DNA of 64,000 nucleotides from Phycisphaerales bacterium (lineage in GTDB: Bacteria; Planctomycetota; Phycisphaerae; WQYP01), in assembly GCA_027451365.1 (NCBI GenBank), contig DAIDJN010000054.1:36333-100332 (forward strand). Direction: 5' to 3'. Positions 41,554 to 51,706 of this stretch are shown one piece after another. The notes beneath the pieces were generated by a model. The model was given only the letters and a program-made list of their open reading frames with translations. It was not told the DNA's origin and made no database searches. Position numbers and translations under genes: made by a program. The stretch's first letter is position 1. Each line of letters begins with the position of its first letter.

Positions 41554-44481
41554 TCAGCCCGTTTTCCCGGTCAGTTGCCGGACCACCGCCGCATCGCGCG
41601 CGGAAAGGTCTGGGTATTGGGCATCCGTCCCCACGTCCGGCCGGCGTTTCCACGACCGCGCACAACTGGCAAATCGTTCCCGTGTATCATGAATCGTGAT
41701 GTTCCAGATTTCACCATGCTCCACCCGATGGAAGCCGACGCCTAACGCGTCTTCCACTTCCGGGCCATACGCTCCGATGGCCGATTCCAGGCTATGGCCC
41801 GGCGGCACCACCAGTACGGCCATGGCATCCAGCGGATTGCCAAGCCCGACGGTCCGCTTCAGATTATCCAATTGTTTTAATCCGCTTTCCACCAGTGGCA
41901 TCAGAACCTGCCATGCCGCCAGAAGGGTCCGATCCGGCGCGGCAGGGGGATCGGTAAATATCTGTTCATGAATGCGCGTACCCGCGTATGCGGCCATGCC
42001 CGGCAGTTTTACGGTCGCCTGCCATGCTTCGTCGGCGGTGAAACACAAAATCGGTGCGGTCAACTGCAGAAGTTGAAGCAGTATGTGGTGGCACACGGTT
42101 TGCGATGCGCGCCGCCGCGGGCCGCTGGGCAGATCGCAATACAGGCGATCTTTGATGGCTTTGGCGTAAACCGCTGAAATATCCACATTGCAAAATTCGT
42201 ATACTGTGCGAAACACGCGATGAAAGTCGTAACTGTTATAGGCGCTGCGCACTTCCGCCGTGACGGCCGCAAGACGGCCGAGCATCCACGTATCAATGGA
42301 TTCCGGCAGCGGTGTCGCGGCGTGCTCCTGAAAGTTAAAGTCGTACAAATTGCCCAGCAGATAGCGGATCGTGTTGCGAATTTTTCGATAGGCTTCTCCG
42401 GTTCGCGCGAAAAGCTCACGCGAGCAGGGCATGTCGTTCTGGTAATCCACACTGCTGACCCACAATCGAAGGATATCCGCACCGTTTTCCTTCAGTGCGT
42501 CGGTTACTTTTATGTCGTTGCCTTCGCTTTTGGACATTTTGCGGCCATTGGCATCCACAATAAAACCGTGGGTAAGAATTTCCTTGAAGGGTGGGCCATC
42601 CCGGTAACCGGCGGCCTCAAGCAACGACGCTTGAAACCATCCTCTATGCTGATCAGACCCTTCCAGATACATATTGGCCGGATAGCCGAGTTCGGGATGT
42701 GTACCCGAAAGCACGGCCCGATGCGATGCGCCGGATTCAAACCAGACATCCAGAATATCCGCCCCTTTGCGAAGGTTCGCGGTATTCACACGATCAGCTT
42801 TTATTTGTCCGTCGGTGGTGGTGAAATCATCTTCCCATTCCTCAGCACCCAGAATGGTCCGGGGGGAATCCGTGAACCAACTGTCGGCACCGCGGGTGCG
42901 CACATAATCGGCCACATGGCGGACGGATTTTTCCGTCAGAAGAATCCGGCCATCCGGCAGAAAAAAGGAGGGAATCGGCACGCCCCAGAACCGCTGACGG
43001 GAAATGCACCAGTCGGGACGGGTTTCAAGCATTCCGGCAATGCGATTTTTGCCCCATTCCGGAATCCATTGCGTTTTTTCCACAAATTGTCTGGCGGTAT
43101 GCACCAACGGGCTGGTACTGCCGGCACGTACAAACCATTGTTCGGTCGCGCGAAGAATAGTCGGTTTACGGCAACGCCAGCAATGCGGGTAGCTGTGGTC
43201 AAAATTCTGCTTAAAAAACAACAGCCCTGTTTCGGCGAGCTTCTCTACCACTTCCTGATTGGCGTTCCAGATGGTCTGGCCGCGCAGAAATTCGGGAACG
43301 GTCTGGTCGTAGCGGCCGTCGGGCAGCACGGGACAGTAGACCTCCAGGCCGGCGCGGCGGCCGGTTAAATAATCTTCGGCGCCATGACCCGGCGCGGTAT
43401 GCACCAGGCCGGTGCCATCTTCCAGCGTAACGTAATCCGCCAACACGACCGGTGCCAGCCGGTTTATTTCCAGCGGGTGATGGTATTGCGGGTGCATGGC
43501 GCACCATTCCGCGCCGGTAATGCCGCCGGAAATCTGATAGTCAGCAATGCCGGCACGGGTCATGACCGGTTCGACGAGTTTGCGGGCCACTATGACCGCT
43601 TTCGGACCGGCCTGTTCAAAGCGAACGCAAACATATTCATGTTCCGGATGGATCGCGACGGCGCGGTTGGCGGGCAGCGTCCAGGGCGTGGTGGTCCAGA
43701 TCAGTACACTGGCGGGATTTTCCATCGCCGTCGGCGATCCCCAGGCGTCCGGCCACGCGCCCGGCACCAGATTAAATCTTACAAAAATAGACGTATCATT
43801 CCGATTGGCATATTCAAGTTCCGCCTCGGCCAGAGCGGTTTGGTCAAATGTGCACCAGTGCACCGGTTTGCGCTGGCGGAACACCAGCCCCTTGTTTAGC
43901 AAGTCCGCAAGAACATCCAGCACGCCGGCTTCATAGCGCGGGTCCAGTGTCAGATATGGCCGGTCAAACGACCCCATCACCCCCAGCCGTTCAAACGATT
44001 CGCTTTGCTGCGCGACAAATTTCAACGCATAGTCGCGGCAGCGGTGGCGAATATCGTCCGGGGAAAGTTCGCGCATTTTTGGACCTAATTGCTTTTGGAT
44101 CGCGCTTTCTATCGGCAGGCCGTGGCAGTCCCAGCCGGGCACAAAGGGAGCGTCATATCCTTCCATGGTGCGGAACTTGACCACAATATCCTTAAGCACC
44201 TTGTTGATCAGGTGGCCCATGTGAATATCGCCATTGGCGTACGGTGGCCCGTCATGCAGAACCCATTTTCCCAGCCGGTGCGGCCGGTTGCGAATCCGCT
44301 GATACAGATGTTCCGCTTTCCATGTCGCCAGTATGGCCGGTTCGCGCGCGGTGAGGTTGGCTTTCATATCAAAGGCGGTCTGTGGCAGGTTTAAGGTGGC
44401 CTTGTAATCGGCCGGTTTGGCTGCCGCCAATGGAGTTTGGCCGGGAATTGGTTGAGCGGGTTGATGTTGCGAATCGGTCAT
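41554..44481 (-). CDS. ileS: Isoleucine-tRNA ligase
   Basis: DGPPYANG, HMGH, WDCHGLP, WTTTPWT, EGSDQHRGWF and KMSKS motifs. Confidence 0.99.
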   Translation of the reverse strand: MTDSQHQPAQPIPGQTPLAAAKPADYKATLNLPQTAFDMKANLTAREPAILATWKAEHLYQRIRNRPHRLGKWVLHDGPPYANGDIHMGHLINKVLKDIVVKFRTMEGYDAPFVPGWDCHGLPIESAIQKQLGPKMRELSPDDIRHRCRDYALKFVAQQSESFERLGVMGSFDRPYLTLDPRYEAGVLDVLADLLNKGLVFRQRKPVHWCTFDQTALAEAELEYANRNDTSIFVRFNLVPGAWPDAWGSPTAMENPASVLIWTTTPWTLPANRAVAIHPEHEYVCVRFEQAGPKAVIVARKLVEPVMTRAGIADYQISGGITGAEWCAMHPQYHHPLEINRLAPVVLADYVTLEDGTGLVHTAPGHGAEDYLTGRRAGLEVYCPVLPDGRYDQTVPEFLRGQTIWNANQEVVEKLAETGLLFFKQNFDHSYPHCWRCRKPTILRATEQWFVRAGSTSPLVHTARQFVEKTQWIPEWGKNRIAGMLETRPDWCISRQRFWGVPIPSFFLPDGRILLTEKSVRHVADYVRTRGADSWFTDSPRTILGAEEWEDDFTTTDGQIKADRVNTANLRKGADILDVWFESGASHRAVLSGTHPELGYPANMYLEGSDQHRGWFQASLLEAAGYRDGPPFKEILTHGFIVDANGRKMSKSEGNDIKVTDALKENGADILRLWVSSVDYQNDMPCSRELFARTGEAYRKIRNTIRYLLGNLYDFNFQEHAATPLPESIDTWMLGRLAAVTAEVRSAYNSYDFHRVFRTVYEFCNVDISAVYAKAIKDRLYCDLPSGPRRRASQTVCHHILLQLLQLTAPILCFTADEAWQATVKLPGMAAYAGTRIHEQIFTDPPAAPDRTLLAAWQVLMPLVESGLKQLDNLKRTVGLGNPLDAMAVLVVPPGHSLESAIGAYGPEVEDALGVGFHRVEHGEIWNITIHDTRERFASCARSWKRRPDVGTDAQYPDLSARDAAVVRQLTGKTG

Positions 44482-44721
44482 AAGGAGTCGGTTGCCTCTC
44501 CAGCGGGCGCTGCACGCTGGTCATGTGAATCAGTCGGGTCGGCGGACAATCCACCGGCAGGCATGCATTGTAGCCGCCGGAGTTGTCCGCTGGCCAGTGC
44601 ATAATAATCTGCCGCCAATGGCGGTACCTTTAAATCCCCAAATTGTAAAGCAGGTCTCCAGATGGGCATCCTTCAGATGTGCAGAGCAGTTCCGGTGTAT
44701 GGGCATGCAAAAAGGCCGCGA

Positions 44722-45444
44722 TCAGTCGGTTTTCTTGAAGATCAGCAGATAATTAAATCCGCGAAGGAAAAAATTCCCTTCAATCGCGGCACTGTGCCAG
44801 TGGCTGCGGCCCAGTTTATTGTTGTGCCGCACGACGGCCACGATGTCGACCGGTTCGGCCAGGGGGCGAAGCAGGCCGAATAATTCAAAGCCGATGGGCA
44901 TGAAGGGACGGCCTTTTTTAAAGGAATCGCTCACGTACACCGCCATGTACCGGCGTGGTTTAAGAACGCGGACGCACTCGCCGAAGACCTGCTTCATGGC
45001 CATGAAGTAAGCATTTTGTCCGGACGGTTTTGGGGATTTTTCGTTGGCATCCAGTTTGCCAATGCAGCGGGGGTCGTCGGAATAATCCACATGGGTCGAA
45101 TAGGGGGGGTCTATAAACACAAAATCCACGGTGGCCGCTGCCAGCGGAATCTGCCGGCTGTCCGCCTGCTTGATATCTGCGCGGCGCGGCACCAAGTCAA
45201 ACCCCAAGCCCTTTCGCTCCAGTTCGTGTGCCACATCCAGAGTGGTGCCGCTGCCGCACATTGGGTCCATGACCGTATCATTTTCCCGGGTATAACGCTG
45301 CAGAAGGTTCCAGATGACCCATGCCGGCGTGGCACCGATATAGTCCTTGTCCCCATGCGGCTGGCGACCATAATCCTGCGAGGGATACTCCCAAAGCGTG
45401 GTGGTCTGCAGCCGGACAGGGGGTTTGGACTGGAATTTATTCAT
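44722..45444 (-). CDS. Orphan N4/N6 DNA (or RNA) methyltransferase
   Basis: DPMCGSGTT SAM-binding motif followed by IDPPY catalytic motif; no restriction gene adjacent. Confidence 0.85.
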   Translation of the reverse strand: MNKFQSKPPVRLQTTTLWEYPSQDYGRQPHGDKDYIGATPAWVIWNLLQRYTRENDTVMDPMCGSGTTLDVAHELERKGLGFDLVPRRADIKQADSRQIPLAAATVDFVFIDPPYSTHVDYSDDPRCIGKLDANEKSPKPSGQNAYFMAMKQVFGECVRVLKPRRYMAVYVSDSFKKGRPFMPIGFELFGLLRPLAEPVDIVAVVRHNNKLGRSHWHSAAIEGNFFLRGFNYLLIFKKTD

Positions 45445-45751
45445 GCGCTGAATTTTAATGCTTTATTCATCCCACGTCATCCGCCGCAGGGGGCGCGGAA
45501 ATCTGGATGTGTGTGGCAATGGTCGAAATCTGAGCTGGTGGGTCTGAATATTCAACGAACCACCCAATACCTGCATTGTTCACTGCGGAACAATTCATCA
45601 TCGCCCGAGAGACTTCCTACGAAGGTATGGCCGCCGCACGCGCCAAAACAGCCGTATACCATGCCCATGATCGGCCGGTCTTGCCCGCCCTCTGACGTAT
45701 TTGCAAACGACCCGATTAGCTTAATCCGGAGGGAACTCCGGTTCAATTTCC

Positions 45752-48700
45752 TCAATCAGGTTGGATATAGATCATGCCCTCTTGGCGTAGGAACTTCGAA
45801 ACAAGTTTTGTTTCGGAATCGCCCATATTATCCATGAGTAATGTGGCGTTGCGCAACGGCGAACCCTTGCTCATTGCGACCAGCAGGTTCCGCCGGTCCT
45901 TTTGCTCAAGGTCTGAGAATCTGTCGTAGCAGCGAAGATGCCCCGAGCCCAAAGCGATAGCCGCAGCAAGAGAGACAGACCTAATCCTATGTACCTCAAG
46001 CAGGTGCCTTAGCGAACACGATTTCAGCGCATGAATTAATTTCTCGTCATCGAGGAATAGGCATCCGGCTTCCCAGCCGATACCGGTCCCATCGCAACTG
46101 TCACATTTCGTGTAGCGGAAACCGTCTTTAAGGCGAGCCCGAAAAGGTTCTTTAATGGCCCCGAAAACCTCATAAACAGAATCATGTATGCCCCTCCATA
46201 AATAATGGTCCTGCACACGATCAATTCGTTTAGCCAGCGGCTTCGAAAACCGACGCCACGGAATTCCGTGCTCAAACATTCTCCTAGTGCGCCGGTCCAT
46301 TAGCTCCAAGGGCTGAAGAAAATTCGCCACGAGCTGCGAAGCGTAGAACTTTGCCTCTGGTATGAGTCGGACATGACGTAAAGCGCGTATTGCAGCCAAT
46401 ACCTCTGGTTGCCAAAACCGATCGTCATCAATGGTCTTTCCTGCATCAGCTACGACCAGCCCAATTGGATAGGTTGCCAGCATTCCGTTACCATGGCAAA
46501 CCGAACAGCGGCCATTTATGGAACGGCAGTCGCCAATGTGCGCATCATTAAATTGAACGCCGAACGCACCGCCCTCCTCATTTGTCTGCAAAAATCGGGT
46601 GCTGATCACGCGACCCTCGTCGGGGCCCTCGAACAGTCGGGTGACGCCTTGGCTCCAACGCAATGCAATCTGCCGAGTTGCAGAACTTGCTCTAGACGAA
46701 CAAACAACCCAACCATTAAAAATCACGGCCTGGGAATTAAGCAGTGACCTGAATCGTTTTAACGGGTGGGTCCGGCCTTGAAACCAAACCAACTCAAGCC
46801 CGCATCGGAGGAGTCGGCGGGCCGCTTCTGCCCAATCGCTCGGCGTGGCTAGGCCCAGTCGCCGTTGGAGCGAAACTGGTGAAAAGCCGAACGATCGACC
46901 ATCTAATTCCCTCTCGACGTCGCTCATGTGCGCGACGGCAACGATCTCATCTGGCAATTTAGGCTGGACGAGTGGCCGGATGGCGGGAAGTAGGTCGAGT
47001 AACTCAACCACGCGGGTGTCCGCAGGCACGCGGTCAGTGTGTACCGCGATGGCAGGTAAGAGCGGCCGGTGAATATCATCGTCGGCGGTGAGCTCGGAAA
47101 GTCCGATTAATTTCTCAAAGGCGGTGGCTTGAGAAGCCCAATTCAGACCACGATCAATCTTACCGGCGACGGTCGGCGGCGTCCTCCTTATTTTACTTGC
47201 CTTAGCGTCGGTGATCTCTCCGCGCAGCAATTGCGCTGTCGGTGTGTCTGCTCGCGGCAATTCCTCAGGCGGACCCTGGAAAATCACTTTCCCTCCCTTA
47301 GCGCCGCCGGCGGGGCCAAACTCGATTATCCAATCGGATTCCCTGATAAGGTCAATTTTATGCTCGATTGCAACTAATGTATGGCCGGCCGATGCGGCGT
47401 GCCGAGATAATCGTCGAAATACCCATTGGGCGTCAATTGCACTTAGCCCCGCGGTCGGCTCGTCTAGCACGAGTAATCCGGCCCCTATCTCACCACTGAC
47501 CCTGCCTAGGTACCTGACCAGCCCCAACCGTTGCCGCTCGCCTGCAGAGAGAGTTGGAGTCGCCCGAGATAATTGAAGGTAACCCAGTCCAAGATCGACG
47601 GCTATTCGCAGGAGCGACAAGGCGGCAGAATTGATGGCTATGTGACCGCGACTCGCAAGGTCGGAAATAGTCTTGTCCAACAATTCAGCAATGGAGTCGT
47701 TCCCCAAACGAATCAATTGTGAACGCTCTGAAAGACGCCTTCCCGCACAGGCGTGGCAAGTCTCGTCGAGATCGTTTCCAAAACCATCTCTGGCGACGCC
47801 CGCCCCTTCGCAGGCAGGACATGCGCCGCGAGAATTAAATGAAAAATCCGACGCTCCGAGGCCGATCGCTTCACAAGCATCCTGAGAAGCAAATCGATTT
47901 CGAATCGCATCAAGTATTCCCAAGTGAGTAGCAACAACGCTGCGACGAGACTTGCTCCCCAATTTCTGCGCGACGACCTCCACAAAATGCAACGACCTTG
48001 GAATATGCAACCGCCCGTTATGCCATTCGACACCATCGATTAATGCCTTTGTTGCCGGAACAAGTCCGCCGAGAATGGCCGATGACTTCCCCGCGCCCGA
48101 CACTCCGACAACTAGGGTTAACCGATTCATCGGTATCTGGAACGTGGCACGCTTCACGTTGTTTACCGTTAACCCAGAAAGCCTAATCCATTGCCCATTG
48201 GGTTTAAGGGGTTCGACTGCCCGCGACCCAAGAAGCTTGGCGGGGGTACCGTGGCTTTCTGAACGCGGGGGGCCTTGGTAGACTACGCTACCGCCCCCGT
48301 CGCCACCGCACGGTCCCATGTCGACAAGCTCATCCACGGACTTCAATAGCAGCGGATGGTGCTCGACCATTAACACCGTGTTACGCTCCGCCAGTCGCCC
48401 AATAGCCGTGGCCAGCTGTCGAACATCTTTTGTGTGGAGAGCACGAGATGGCTCGTCAAGGAGATAACAGCAATCTTGTAAATCAACTGCCATAGCGACG
48501 GCCAATCGAATACGTTGCGCCTCACCACCGCTCAATGAGCTGGTAGTTCGCCCTAGCGTCAAATATCCGAGATTTAGGTCAACACAGGTGTGGACCAGTG
48601 AACCAACGGCTGCTAGGGCTGCTAGCTCTTTCCCACGCGATGTTGCCTTCCACCTTGCGACATTATCACACAATTCACTTAAGGCAGTTTTCAGCAAGAT

Positions 48701-49990
48701 GCCCGAGATGTTGATGCCGCGATAATAGCATGCGCGGGCGGATCGGTTAAGCCGGGTTCCGCCGCACTCCGGGCAATTCGCTTCGTTTACAAGCCCGGAA
48801 AGGGCGTCCCTCGCTGCACCAGCCGAAGCCACCCTAGCCTTGACCAACTCAACCAGGCCAGCAAACGGTCGTCTCGCCGGTCGCAGACGGTCATCTGAAG
48901 CGTGAAGTTCGGGGACGGGATCTTGCCCGGATCCATATAGAATTATGTTCCGAACCCCTTGGGGGATCGCCCGCCAGGCTGCGTCCAAGGGGAGATTATT
49001 GACACGCAATAGGCCGCGCAATACACAATCAAGCGAGGCTAGATGCCTAAAACGCCCCTCCGATTTGGGCAAGTTTAATCCATCATTAAGAATCGGGCGG
49101 TCTAAATGGCGAATAATTGATTGCTCGCTGACCCCCATTCGCACCCCCATACCCTCACAGCTTCGACAGCGCCCAGTCCCAATTGCCAGCGAATTGAAGG
49201 AAAGCAACCTAGGGCTCAAGGGGAGGTAAGAATAAGGCACGTCAGGAGCAACCTGATTGAACCCGCCCTCCAAAAAAATATGACCATCAATAATCCAAAG
49301 CAAACCACCGCTAGCTCGCCCAACGATTTTGCGCGCACTCGCCAAGTTTCGAATCTCGACAGACTTCTTGACGCTCGCGACCCAGAGCCTAGCCGGCAAA
49401 TCTTTTTGGGGGATGGCCTCATCGGGTGCTGCCCTCCAAAATCCGTTTCGCTCGCGGTAAAACATGGCTTTTGGGGGGAGAAGTTGACGGGGGTGCCTTA
49501 TCTCTGCGTCAGGATGCACTTCTGCGATCGAGACGGTCGAGCCCTTGTAATGACGCACCAGCCATGCGGCCATATCGATCCGGTCAGGTGAAACGATGGC
49601 CTCACCCCCCGGCGATAGCATAATCCCGTGCTGACAGACCAGTTGCGCGAGGGCGTCCATGACGCCCGAATAGGTCGCGACGGTAGAACGGCTCTGGCCG
49701 CGCAGAGGTTCCTGTTGAACGTCAATGCAGGTGGGCAAATTCGCGATCCCACATACGTCCGGCCCATACGCACGGGCGAGGCTCGATGGCAATAATCGCA
49801 ACCGCCCCAGTCTCCGCGCGCCAACTGCTCCGATCACATGGTGGACTAACGACGACTTTCCCGAACCGGATGCTCCGGCAATGCCAACCAATCGGTGCAG
49901 AGGAAGATTCAGAGAAACGCTTTTCAGGTTATTTTGCGACGCGCATTCGATGCGAATTGCCTGGTCCGCCTTGTCTACTGCTCCGCCCAT
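45752..49990 (-). CDS. Divergent, extended UvrA-like ABC ATPase (two ABC modules plus a degenerate third Zn-finger module)
   Basis: NBD1: GASGSGKSS, LSGGE, LLDEPS, VEHH. NBD2: GVSGAGKSS, LSAGE, VLDEPT, IEHK. CxxC pairs CRSC, CPEC, CPAC and CHAC, plus C-terminal CSVC and CDSC. GAGGAG RBS before ATG 49990. Confidence 0.88.
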   Translation of the reverse strand: MGGAVDKADQAIRIECASQNNLKSVSLNLPLHRLVGIAGASGSGKSSLVHHVIGAVGARRLGRLRLLPSSLARAYGPDVCGIANLPTCIDVQQEPLRGQSRSTVATYSGVMDALAQLVCQHGIMLSPGGEAIVSPDRIDMAAWLVRHYKGSTVSIAEVHPDAEIRHPRQLLPPKAMFYRERNGFWRAAPDEAIPQKDLPARLWVASVKKSVEIRNLASARKIVGRASGGLLWIIDGHIFLEGGFNQVAPDVPYSYLPLSPRLLSFNSLAIGTGRCRSCEGMGVRMGVSEQSIIRHLDRPILNDGLNLPKSEGRFRHLASLDCVLRGLLRVNNLPLDAAWRAIPQGVRNIILYGSGQDPVPELHASDDRLRPARRPFAGLVELVKARVASAGAARDALSGLVNEANCPECGGTRLNRSARACYYRGINISGILLKTALSELCDNVARWKATSRGKELAALAAVGSLVHTCVDLNLGYLTLGRTTSSLSGGEAQRIRLAVAMAVDLQDCCYLLDEPSRALHTKDVRQLATAIGRLAERNTVLMVEHHPLLLKSVDELVDMGPCGGDGGGSVVYQGPPRSESHGTPAKLLGSRAVEPLKPNGQWIRLSGLTVNNVKRATFQIPMNRLTLVVGVSGAGKSSAILGGLVPATKALIDGVEWHNGRLHIPRSLHFVEVVAQKLGSKSRRSVVATHLGILDAIRNRFASQDACEAIGLGASDFSFNSRGACPACEGAGVARDGFGNDLDETCHACAGRRLSERSQLIRLGNDSIAELLDKTISDLASRGHIAINSAALSLLRIAVDLGLGYLQLSRATPTLSAGERQRLGLVRYLGRVSGEIGAGLLVLDEPTAGLSAIDAQWVFRRLSRHAASAGHTLVAIEHKIDLIRESDWIIEFGPAGGAKGGKVIFQGPPEELPRADTPTAQLLRGEITDAKASKIRRTPPTVAGKIDRGLNWASQATAFEKLIGLSELTADDDIHRPLLPAIAVHTDRVPADTRVVELLDLLPAIRPLVQPKLPDEIVAVAHMSDVERELDGRSFGFSPVSLQRRLGLATPSDWAEAARRLLRCGLELVWFQGRTHPLKRFRSLLNSQAVIFNGWVVCSSRASSATRQIALRWSQGVTRLFEGPDEGRVISTRFLQTNEEGGAFGVQFNDAHIGDCRSINGRCSVCHGNGMLATYPIGLVVADAGKTIDDDRFWQPEVLAAIRALRHVRLIPEAKFYASQLVANFLQPLELMDRRTRRMFEHGIPWRRFSKPLAKRIDRVQDHYLWRGIHDSVYEVFGAIKEPFRARLKDGFRYTKCDSCDGTGIGWEAGCLFLDDEKLIHALKSCSLRHLLEVHRIRSVSLAAAIALGSGHLRCYDRFSDLEQKDRRNLLVAMSKGSPLRNATLLMDNMGDSETKLVSKFLRQEGMIYIQPD

Positions 49991-50091
49991 TTTCTCCTCA
50001 CGATCTATCAAGTTTTATTCTGGCTGCCTCCGCAGGCGCTTCGCAAACCAAATTCGTATATGTACGCAACAGGTCGCCCAATGGGCACGAT

Positions 50092-50817
50092 TTACCTTGT
50101 TCGATGTTCGCCCTCAGTCGCGGCGCGCCATTCCGAGTCCCGCCGAAAATAAAAAAGCATTTTATGATCGTGGGTAGTATGCACGAGACGTGACAAACTC
50201 TGCGCACGACGAGGCGTGAACTCTGGATGATAGATGTTGAAATAATCAACCGGTAACCTTTTAAGCCCGACCTCAAAGCCAGCATCGTAGAATATTTTTG
50301 CAACCTCATCGAGTGACCGGTCGTGAACGCGACAGCCTTCTTTAATCAGAAGCTCGCGTCGATGCGGCCACAGCGGATTTTCAATATGGCATCCCATCGT
50401 GGCGTAATACTCGCCCTTCTCCTTCATGACCCTGTACATCGTACCCGCTAGGGAATGCAGATCTTCAATCATCCAGAAAACCTCCTGGCTAAAAGCCAGA
50501 TCGAAGAACTCAGATAGGCCAGCAAGGGCGGACGGATAATCGTATTCGATTGGCTCGTCATTCCTTCGATTCGTTTTCGCCTGTTCAATTAGGTCGGGCG
50601 CGATGTCTACCCCGAGCCCGCGACGAAACGGACGCATACTGTGAAAAAGGCGAAGAAATGCCCCGTTCCCGCATCCATAATCGAGAACAACTTCATTTCC
50701 CGTGTGAGGTGGAATTACCTCTCGAACCATCGCGGTCCAAAAGGTGATATTTCCCCCAGCAATGCCGATGTCGTAGGCTTGGTATAAGTGCCAATCTGGC
50801 CGCATAGTCCCTGACAT
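50092..50817 (-). CDS. Class I SAM-dependent methyltransferase
   Basis: VLDYGCGNG, GVDIA, FDLAFSQEV and GCHIENPLW motifs; AGGA RBS before ATG 50817. Confidence 0.92.
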   Translation of the reverse strand: MSGTMRPDWHLYQAYDIGIAGGNITFWTAMVREVIPPHTGNEVVLDYGCGNGAFLRLFHSMRPFRRGLGVDIAPDLIEQAKTNRRNDEPIEYDYPSALAGLSEFFDLAFSQEVFWMIEDLHSLAGTMYRVMKEKGEYYATMGCHIENPLWPHRRELLIKEGCRVHDRSLDEVAKIFYDAGFEVGLKRLPVDYFNIYHPEFTPRRAQSLSRLVHTTHDHKMLFYFRRDSEWRAATEGEHRTR

Positions 50818-50830
50818 ATAACGTCCTGTT

Positions 50831-51682
50831 TCAGTGCGCGAATGCAAAAAGCATTTGTCGTCCTACGGTGGTCCCGTCTAGGAATACTTCGACGCTGCAA
50901 CGATCCCTGCCATGTACGACTCGGTGGTTGTTCAGGATTGTTACGCAGCCTGCCGCTATTGGTAATATGTTCACGTTTTCTCGAGTCAATCGCTCGAATA
51001 TTCGCATAGTTGCGGATTGTTCGGTACTCGGCGGTCGGCCTCGGTGCTTGAAACCCTGCGCGATCCTAGACCGATGATACCGAACTAGAACTCCGCCGTC
51101 GACTGTGGGGGTGATGATAGGGCTCTCAAACACCTCAATTTCGTCCTTAATATTTCTGGCGGCGAAGGGAAGGACAACGGTTTTAAACTTCACAACATCG
51201 TCGGAGCTTTCCAATCCGAAGCAAATGGACTCGACATCAGAAACGACGAGCGAACCGAGGTTGGCATAGCTATCCGACCGCAGGCACAGTGACATTGTCA
51301 ATCTTGGGGGGCGAGCAATCATGCTGTAATCGGTGTGAAGGGGAAGGGAACGAATTTGATTGCCCATTAGGTGCTGCCCTGGGCGAACGCGAGCGGGGAT
51401 TACCGCCCCTGCCTCCGATGGATCGATCAATACGGATCCCAGAAGCGTCACGAGCCCCAAGAACAATGTCTCCAAATGCGATGGCGGAAACCCGGAAATT
51501 TGAATAAAACCCTGCTCATCAAGGATGGCTTGTGCCACCTCGGACACGACACAGAGCGGCCGGCAGGATTCAGCCGCTTGGCGGACGGCGTCGAGCTCAA
51601 GGGCGCTTTTTGGAAAATTAGAAACCAGATAATTTGCAGCCGAATAAAGGGCACCACGAAGATCTTCGCCAATTAGAAGCAT
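50831..51682 (-). CDS. TauD/TfdA (clavaminate synthase-like) Fe(II)/2-oxoglutarate dioxygenase
   Basis: PLHTD (HxD) and ILNNHRVVHGR facial-triad motifs. Confidence 0.88.
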   Translation of the reverse strand: MLLIGEDLRGALYSAANYLVSNFPKSALELDAVRQAAESCRPLCVVSEVAQAILDEQGFIQISGFPPSHLETLFLGLVTLLGSVLIDPSEAGAVIPARVRPGQHLMGNQIRSLPLHTDYSMIARPPRLTMSLCLRSDSYANLGSLVVSDVESICFGLESSDDVVKFKTVVLPFAARNIKDEIEVFESPIITPTVDGGVLVRYHRSRIAQGFKHRGRPPSTEQSATMRIFERLTRENVNILPIAAGCVTILNNHRVVHGRDRCSVEVFLDGTTVGRQMLFAFAH

Positions 51683-51706
51683 TTCTCAGTTCTCGTCATC
51701 GGGTGG

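Noticed and set aside
37921..43368. Long antisense ORFs (37921-39039, 39215-40150, 42220-43368; also 23807-24715, 15316-16161)
   Set aside because: These are shadow frames opposite well-supported genes (tdh, kbl, ileS, GT4, PEP-CTERM), typical of GC-rich codon bias.
44482..44721. T-box riboswitch upstream of ileS
   Set aside because: I saw no T-box consensus (AAnnnGGGTGGnACC) or terminator/antiterminator pair.
45552..45755. 67-aa ORF overlapping the UvrA-like stop codon as a precursor peptide
   Set aside because: It has a TTG start without a clear RBS and no recognisable motif. It cannot be supported, although it is not excluded.
45752..49990. Calling this gene canonical uvrA
   Set aside because: It is highly divergent and over-long, lies in a foreign operon with tailoring enzymes, and has no uvrB/uvrC nearby, so the symbol was withheld.
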